A stretch of DNA of 64,000 nucleotides from Terriglobia bacterium (lineage in GTDB: Bacteria; Acidobacteriota; Terriglobia; 20CM-2-55-15). The DNA lies in contig CAXWPJ010000001.1 of NCBI GenBank assembly GCA_963664115.2, positions 32,001 through 96,000 of the forward strand, in the 5' to 3' direction. Below the pieces are notes generated by a model. It was not told the origin of the DNA and made no database searches. It worked only from the letters and a program-made list of their open reading frames with translations. Below are positions 58,330 to 64,000 of this stretch, one piece after another. Position numbers and translations under genes: made by a program. The stretch's first letter is position 1. Every line of letters starts with the position of its first letter.

Positions 58330-60585
58330 TTGCCAATGTACGGAGGTTCGATCCGATTGCAACGAGTCCTTCATCTCGTTCTCACGTGCGGCTTGCTGTG
58401 TGCCGCATGGCCAAGGCCTGCAACAGGCCAAGTGCCTGACGCCGTCCCTCGCATCACAGTAGGTCGCACCGCGGAAGGGGAGCGCCCGATTATTGACGGA
58501 CGCGTCGATGATGGAGTCTGGGTGGCCGCACAGCCATTCAGCGATTTCATCCAGCAGGAGCCGAACGAAGGCGAGCCCGCCACGGAACGCACTGTAATCC
58601 GGTTTCTGCTTGACAGCGAGAACCTTTATATCGCAGTCATCTGCTTCGACTCCGAACCCGGCCAGATCATCGTCAGCGAGAGCCGCCGCGATGCCGATCT
58701 GGGCGATACCGATTCCATCCGGATACTGCTCGACACATTCAACGACGGACAAAACGCGTTCGTCTTTGGAACGAATCCGTTCGGGATCGAGTACGACGGT
58801 CAGGTCATGGCCGAAGGCCAGGCCGGCCGTGGAGGGCAGGGATTCAATGTGAACTGGGATGCCGACTGGGTCGTTGGCACTCAAATAACCGAGCGCGGCT
58901 GGGAGGCCGAGTTTGCCATTCCACTCAGGACCTTGAGGTATAACCCGGGACAGGAGCGCACCTGGGGCGTAAATACCGTGCGCAATATTCGCCGTAAGAA
59001 TGAACAGGTGTTCCTGTCTCGGGTACCCCGAGGCTATGACCTGAATAGGGTTTCCGTAGCCGGCAAACTCGATGGTCTGGACCTGCCGGCGCGGCGAGAT
59101 CTGACGCTGTTGCCGTATGTATCCGGCTCCGTAATCGACGACAGAATCCTGCGACCCGACAACGCGCGCCGCAGCGGCGACGTCGGCTTGGATCTCAAGT
59201 GGGGCGTCCGCGCCGATCTCACGCTGGATCTGACGTTGAATACCGATTTTGCGCAGGTTGAAGCCGACGAACAGCAGGTCAACCTGACACGCTTTCCGCT
59301 GTTCTTTCCCGAAAAGCGGCCGTTCTTCCTTGAAAATGCCCAACTCTTTCAAGTGGGACAGGGTCGGACTGTCGATCTCTTCTTCTCACGGCGAATCGGC
59401 CTCTCACCCAACGGCGAACCGTTACCGATCCGGGCAGGCGCAAGGCTCAGCGGCAAATTGGGAGGATACAACGTCGGACTGCTCAATATGCAGACCGCTG
59501 AGAAGATAGACGAACGAACCGGACAGACGCTGCCCGCCAACAACTTCACGGTGCTGCGCATCCAGCGGGAATTCGGCCGGTCCAACTTCGGGGCGATATA
59601 TGTGGGCCGCGAGGCGCTCGGCGACCACGCGTCGGAGGACCCTTACAACCGCGCATACGCCGTCGATCTCGGCTGGCAGGCAACGACCAACGGGCGATTA
59701 TCTGCGTTCTTCGCTCGAACGGATTCGCCTCCGAGCAAAGGCGCGTCCGATTACGCTGGCCGCGCGGCGTACTCCTACACGAACGAACTCTGGAGCGCCA
59801 CTGGCGCTTATGCGCAAGTCGGCGATCGCTTCAATCCCGAAGTCGGATTCCTGCGACGGCGGGGCTATCGCCAGCTTGAAGGGCGCTTCAACCTCAGTTA
59901 CCCGCCAGAACGGTGGCCGTGGATCCGCCGGATCCAGCCACATGCCAACTTCAGCGCTTATTTCAACTTGGACGACGAGCTGGAAAGCTCACAGGGACAC
60001 TGGCACGTTTTCGACATCAGGACTCAGACCGGTGCCCGATTCGGGTATCTTTTCGAGACACAGCAGGACCGGCCCAAGCGCCCGTTCACGGTGTACGAGG
60101 ACGTCACAGGGCAGAGCGTTGCCATCCCTCCCGGCCATTACGCGTGGACCAGAGGCGTTTTCGAGGGAAACACGAACCTAAGCGCCCCGTTGAGCGTTGC
60201 CTTGCGGCATCGTATAGGTAGCTTCTATGACGGTGATTATCACGGCTGGGAGCTCACCGTTCGGATGCGTGCGGGTGCAAGGTTGATATCCGAGATCGGG
60301 TGGGATCGTGACGATGTCACGCTGCCGGGCGGCAAATTCATAAACGATCTGGTGCCGATTCGGGTGAGTTATGCGTTCACGAGTCTGGCAAGTCTGCAGG
60401 GATTGATCCAGTACAACCGTCAGACCTCGACGATTTCCTCAAATGTCCGCCTTGCGTTGCTGACCCGCAGTAGCACGGGCTTATTCATCGTCTACAACGA
60501 TCGCCGCGAGACTTCCTCCCTGACCCCAGACGGATTGCTGGGTCGGTCGTTCACCGTCAAGTACACTCGCCTGTTTGATTTTTAG
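58330..60585 (+). CDS. CBM9-like/DUF5916 outer-membrane-associated protein
   Basis: PIIDGRVDD..W, LLDTFND, WEAEFAIP, LNTDFAQVEAD, FFPEKRPFFLE, FFSRRIG; C-terminal Phe. Start may be 58336. Confidence 0.8.
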   Translation: MPMYGGSIRLQRVLHLVLTCGLLCAAWPRPATGQVPDAVPRITVGRTAEGERPIIDGRVDDGVWVAAQPFSDFIQQEPNEGEPATERTVIRFLLDSENLYIAVICFDSEPGQIIVSESRRDADLGDTDSIRILLDTFNDGQNAFVFGTNPFGIEYDGQVMAEGQAGRGGQGFNVNWDADWVVGTQITERGWEAEFAIPLRTLRYNPGQERTWGVNTVRNIRRKNEQVFLSRVPRGYDLNRVSVAGKLDGLDLPARRDLTLLPYVSGSVIDDRILRPDNARRSGDVGLDLKWGVRADLTLDLTLNTDFAQVEADEQQVNLTRFPLFFPEKRPFFLENAQLFQVGQGRTVDLFFSRRIGLSPNGEPLPIRAGARLSGKLGGYNVGLLNMQTAEKIDERTGQTLPANNFTVLRIQREFGRSNFGAIYVGREALGDHASEDPYNRAYAVDLGWQATTNGRLSAFFARTDSPPSKGASDYAGRAAYSYTNELWSATGAYAQVGDRFNPEVGFLRRRGYRQLEGRFNLSYPPERWPWIRRIQPHANFSAYFNLDDELESSQGHWHVFDIRTQTGARFGYLFETQQDRPKRPFTVYEDVTGQSVAIPPGHYAWTRGVFEGNTNLSAPLSVALRHRIGSFYDGDYHGWELTVRMRAGARLISEIGWDRDDVTLPGGKFINDLVPIRVSYAFTSLASLQGLIQYNRQTSTISSNVRLALLTRSSTGLFIVYNDRRETSSLTPDGLLGRSFTVKYTRLFDF

Positions 60586-60699
60586 TTGTCCGTTACAACC
60601 GTGCTTTGAAGACTTGCATCAATAGGTAACCGTTTCTCCCTTCAGATAAAGCAGATGCCTCGGTGATCCGTCGTTCTTGCTGTCTGTTCCGGAGTCAGC

Positions 60700-60805
60700 T
60701 AAGAGGCAGGGTTTCCTCATACTGCAAGGCGAAAACACAGATCCTCGGATCAATATCGTCCTCAATCGGTTTGAAGAACTGAAGAAAGGGATCCCCGTGC
60801 CCTAA
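60700..60805 (+). pseudogene. C-terminal remnant of a Ser/Thr kinase-TolB/PD40-repeat protein
   Basis: QGFLILQGENTDPRINIVLNRFEELKKGIPVP* matches the VVLNWFEELK..VP tail typical of such acidobacterial proteins; no upstream gene body. Confidence 0.5.
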
Positions 60806-60964
60806 TTTTCCGGATCAAGTCCCGAGAAATCATCTTGTCGGACGTTGAGAATTGAACGTACCACTTGTCCGGTTAGGGGGTTAGAACTAAGCCGCAGGCG
60901 CTCGGAGTCGGCGTACAGCAGATAGAGTCTGTCCCATAAAGTAGCGGTCATAAGGAGGTGTCTT

Positions 60965-61846
60965 ATGACCCAACTACGAGAACGGATGCTGGAGGAACTC
61001 CAGCGACGGAACTATTCCCCGGCCACGAGTCGTGGCTACATTCTGGCAGTCGAACAATTCGCGAATTACTTCGGCAAGTCTCCGGCCTTGATGGGAGCCG
61101 AGGAGGTACGGCGTTTTCAGCTGTACTTACTGACCGAAAAGAAGCTGGCGGCGAGTACGGTCGGGATGCGGACCTCGGCGATACGATTCCTTTACAAGAA
61201 GGTGCTGCTGCGACGTGCGGATCTGGAACTGGATGATCTGCCCATGCCCAAGAGTGCGCGGAAACTACCCACGATCCTGGGTCCGTCTGAAGTCCGCCGG
61301 TTGATCCAAGCCGCATTGAGTCCGATGCACCGGGCCATCCTGATGGTGCTCTACGGGACCGGGATGCGACGGGCCGAAGCCGCCGTGTTGAAGGTGGCCG
61401 ACATCGACAGTGAACGGATGCTGGTGCATATCCGCGACGGGAAAGGGCGTCGGGACCGGGATGTCCCGTTGAGTCGCAATCTGCTTGAAGCGTTACGGGG
61501 GTACTGGTTATTGAAAAAGCCCGAGGTCTATCTGTTTCACAGCAGTGCAGGACACCGGGGCACGGATGCTCCGATCTCGGACAAGGTGGTCTGGCATGCC
61601 GTTCATGGGGCCGCCCAGCGTGCGGGTCTGACCCAGAGGATCGGTCCGCACACGCTACGGCACAGCTTCGCGACCCACCTGCTAGAGTCCGGGACCGACT
61701 TGCGCACGATCCAGCTCTTGATGGGACACAGTCGGCTCAGCGATACCACGCTCTACCTGCAACTGTCCCGGCGCCATCTTCGAACCGCGCGCAATCCTCT
61801 GGATCAGTTGAAGCTTTCACCTGTGGTTAAGGATCCAAAGAAGTGA
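60965..61846 (+). CDS. Tyrosine recombinase/integrase with N-terminal SAM-like domain
   Basis: RBS AAGGAGG; YGTGMRRAE, GKGRRDR, HTLRHSFATHLLE, MGH, TTLY. Confidence 0.93.
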   Translation: MTQLRERMLEELQRRNYSPATSRGYILAVEQFANYFGKSPALMGAEEVRRFQLYLLTEKKLAASTVGMRTSAIRFLYKKVLLRRADLELDDLPMPKSARKLPTILGPSEVRRLIQAALSPMHRAILMVLYGTGMRRAEAAVLKVADIDSERMLVHIRDGKGRRDRDVPLSRNLLEALRGYWLLKKPEVYLFHSSAGHRGTDAPISDKVVWHAVHGAAQRAGLTQRIGPHTLRHSFATHLLESGTDLRTIQLLMGHSRLSDTTLYLQLSRRHLRTARNPLDQLKLSPVVKDPKK

Positions 61847-63027
61847 GCCGGCCACCCTTTGAGGTGGCTGACGTGATTCGCATCGTCGGAGACCGATTCC
61901 GACAACGGTATTTGAAAGCGCTGGCCTGGCCCCAGGTCAAGGTCCTCAACGCGATTACCCATTGCCGGACCGCCGCACTGGGCGGGAACCGGAAACGATG
62001 CGACCACTGTGGCCACCAAACGCTGGTCTACCACTCGTGCCGGAACCGCCACTGCCCGAAGTGCCAGACCAATGCGCGGAACACCTGGGTCGAGAAACGG
62101 CAACAGGAACTGCTACCGATCGGATACTTCCATCTGGTCTTCAGCCTGCCCCATCAGTTGATCCCATTGATCTGGCAGAACAAGAAGGTGCTCTATGCGC
62201 TTCTGTTCCGAACCAGTGCGGCGGCGCTGATCGAAGTGGCCCGAAACCCCAGGTATCTGGGCGGCGAGATCGGATTCCTCAGCATCCTGCATACCTGGGG
62301 ACAAACCCTGCAACGCCATCCCCATATCCACTGTGTGGTTCCCGGTGGCGGACTGTCCCCGGATCACGACCGGTGGATCCACTCCTCCCGGACCGACTTC
62401 TTCCTCCCGGTCCAGAAGCTCAGCTACGTTTTCAGAGAAAAGTTTCTCGACGGTTTAGCCGAAGCCTTCGGAAACAAGACGCTCGTTTTCCATGGGGAGT
62501 GTCTGGAACTGGCCACCGAATCCACCTTCGAGCGGTTCCTCGACGATCTGAAGGATCGGAACTGGGTGGTGTACGCCAAAGAACCATTCGGCGGACCCCA
62601 ACACGTCCTTCAGTACCTGGCCCGCTATACCCATCGGGTGGCCATCTCGAATCATCGCATCCTCGATGTCAACCAATCCGGCGTTACATTCCGCTGGAAG
62701 GACTATCGCCACAATGGCCGTCCACGAACAATGACACTCCAACCCGAAGAGTTCCTCCGTCGATTCCTCCTGCATGTCTTACCGAAAGGCTTTCCCCGCA
62801 TCCGGTACTACGGATGGATGGCAAATCGGAAACGCAAGACGATGCTGGAACTCTGTCGGCACCTCTTAGGTCAGGAGTCCATCACCGAGCCGGAGTCCGA
62901 GGCGGGTGCTACCCCACCGGCACCGTGTCCGATCTGCCGGGGACCGATGCGTCTGGTCGAGCGATTAACCGCGGCACAGCTCGCCGCTCTCGAATCAAAG
63001 GAGGTTCCAATTCAGGATAGTGCGTAG
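61843..63027 (+). CDS. IS91-family (Y2/HUH) transposase with zinc-binding domain
   Basis: CRTAALGG, CDHC, SCRNRHCPKC, HPHIH, YLARY, RIRYYG; GTGA overlap with the integrase stop. Confidence 0.93.
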   Translation: MSRPPFEVADVIRIVGDRFRQRYLKALAWPQVKVLNAITHCRTAALGGNRKRCDHCGHQTLVYHSCRNRHCPKCQTNARNTWVEKRQQELLPIGYFHLVFSLPHQLIPLIWQNKKVLYALLFRTSAAALIEVARNPRYLGGEIGFLSILHTWGQTLQRHPHIHCVVPGGGLSPDHDRWIHSSRTDFFLPVQKLSYVFREKFLDGLAEAFGNKTLVFHGECLELATESTFERFLDDLKDRNWVVYAKEPFGGPQHVLQYLARYTHRVAISNHRILDVNQSGVTFRWKDYRHNGRPRTMTLQPEEFLRRFLLHVLPKGFPRIRYYGWMANRKRKTMLELCRHLLGQESITEPESEAGATPPAPCPICRGPMRLVERLTAAQLAALESKEVPIQDSA

Positions 63028-63452
63028 CCATCGACACTCAACAATTCCAGCCCAACGCGGTCGTCCAGACTGCATCGCCGAAGTGTGTCCAGACGCCAAA
63101 AACACGCGTGCTCAAGTGCCCTTTCGCTATATCCAACCCACCCCACTCGGGCGATCGACAGTGATTTTCCGCTACAACCACCCCCCACCATCACTGCGTC
63201 TCCCCGATTCAGCCTCCAATCCATGGATTGAAAACCCATAGGTCTTCTCGTTCCCGGCCGCGCCTGCGCCTCACTTCAAACCATTCTATCCGACATGCCC
63301 CGGCATCATTTTTTGTCACTGTCGGTGCCGGACCATCTCCGATACAAAACTGACGTTATACGTCCATGTGACCTGTTCGTTGAACTCAAGTCCCTTCAAT
63401 CGTATTATGTAGCGAGGCAAGAGAGACATCACCTTCGAACGAGGTCACAACA

Positions 63453-63683
63453 TTGAATCGACTGGATTTCCATGAACTGCTCATAATATTCGTGATCGCA
63501 GTGTTCGTGTTCGGTCCGTTCAACGGAAAGCTGTCTCACAAGATTGCGATTCAGTGATTCGACGGGTCGTTGCGGCTCGATCAACAGGATGAACCGACAT
63601 TTGGAAAGGCTTTCTCTATAGCCATAGCTTTGCTCCTTGGCGTGATTCTCCTCGTTCAGTTCTGGCTCTGGAGCGCCAATTAA
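63453..63683 (+). pseudogene. TatA-like micro-ORF with in-frame TGA and a second TM segment
   Basis: RBS GAGGT, TTG 63453: MNRLDFHELLIIFVIAVFVFGPFNGKLSHKIAIQ*FDGSLRLDQQDEPTFGKAFSIAIALLLGVILLVQFWLWSAN*. Confidence 0.5.
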
Positions 63684-63760
63684 GAGTAAGGTTCAGCGCG
63701 GCTGAAACTCGAAGACCGTAGTTGTTTAAACGAAACCCACCTGAATACGAGGAGATCACC

Positions 63761-64000
63761 ATGTCACACGCAGATGGTCCATGGCTTCGAATCCAGCTCC
63801 TTTACTTGACGCTGGGCGTGTTCCTGCTTCCGGGTTCCGCCCTGGCGCAGAGCGTTTTTACGCACGTGCACATGAGGGTGCCGGATACGACTGAGGCGGC
63901 GGTGTGGCATCAGGCGCTGCTCGGCGGCGAGGTAATCTCGCGTGGCCCTGGACAGGCTGTCCGGTATGGCAACGGCATGGTCATGACAATGCCGGCCGAA
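63761..64000 (+). CDS. Secreted VOC/glyoxalase-family protein (partial, runs off the window)
   Basis: RBS GAGGAG, ATG 63761; signal peptide ending ALA-Q, then FTHVHMRVPDTTEAAVWHQALLGG. Confidence 0.7.
   Translation, partial: MSHADGPWLRIQLLYLTLGVFLLPGSALAQSVFTHVHMRVPDTTEAAVWHQALLGGEVISRGPGQAVRYGNGMVMTMPAE

Larger units (their letters stand above)
60872..63361 (+). mobile_element. Tyrosine recombinase plus IS91-family transposase element (boundaries approximate)
   Basis: Two coupled genes; no terminal IRs; GTTA motifs at 60872/60880 and 63355; structured 3' region. Confidence 0.7.

Noticed and set aside
60965-61846. Integron integrase with a cassette array
   Set aside because: No IntI-specific insertion is evident, the gene is coupled to an IS91 transposase, and I could not identify complete attC sites.
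63555-63580. Selenocysteine recoding of the TGA in the TatA-like ORF
   Set aside because: No redox-motif context, and the hairpin is short and not a convincing SECIS; a nonsense mutation is simpler.

Overview
A 64 kb bacterial chromosomal window of moderately high GC. Gene content and family repertoire (VWA-domain protein, DUF6677, DUF6152, PufC-like diheme cytochrome, Hfq-like protein) point to an Acidobacteriota genome; this is inference. The core is housekeeping: ybbA/ybbP/tesA, yggS-yggU, thiI-tmk-holB-hfq-pdxA, truA-uppS-cdsA-dxr-rseP-fur, pilD plus three minor pilins, ctpA-aroB-ubiE, tatA-tatC, tRNA-Ala(CGC), map, a D-2-hydroxyacid dehydrogenase-ldcA-mpl run, gcvT-H-PA-PB, a moaD-moaE fusion, ribA and mazG. 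Most notable observations: (1) two divergent copies of an uncharacterised two-gene periplasmic module, a DUF6152-like protein whose predicted mature N-terminus is His-His plus a Cys-containing 'GHSxGxxEGD' partner, with one copy upstream of a diheme cytochrome c; (2) a 5'-truncated actin-fold ATPase that closely resembles archaeal volactin, convergent with a bactofilin and cut by a frameshifted IS1380-family element whose two flanks appear to come from different genes; (3) a 295-bp TA-flanked MITE and several orphan palindromic repeat families; (4) a mosaic right end with a Gln116-type subclass B3 metallo-beta-lactamase-fold gene, a repeat-bounded CBM9/DUF5916 segment, a tyrosine recombinase plus IS91-type transposase element, and a TatA-like micro-ORF with an in-frame TGA. 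Family names come from motif recognition only; no database searches were run.
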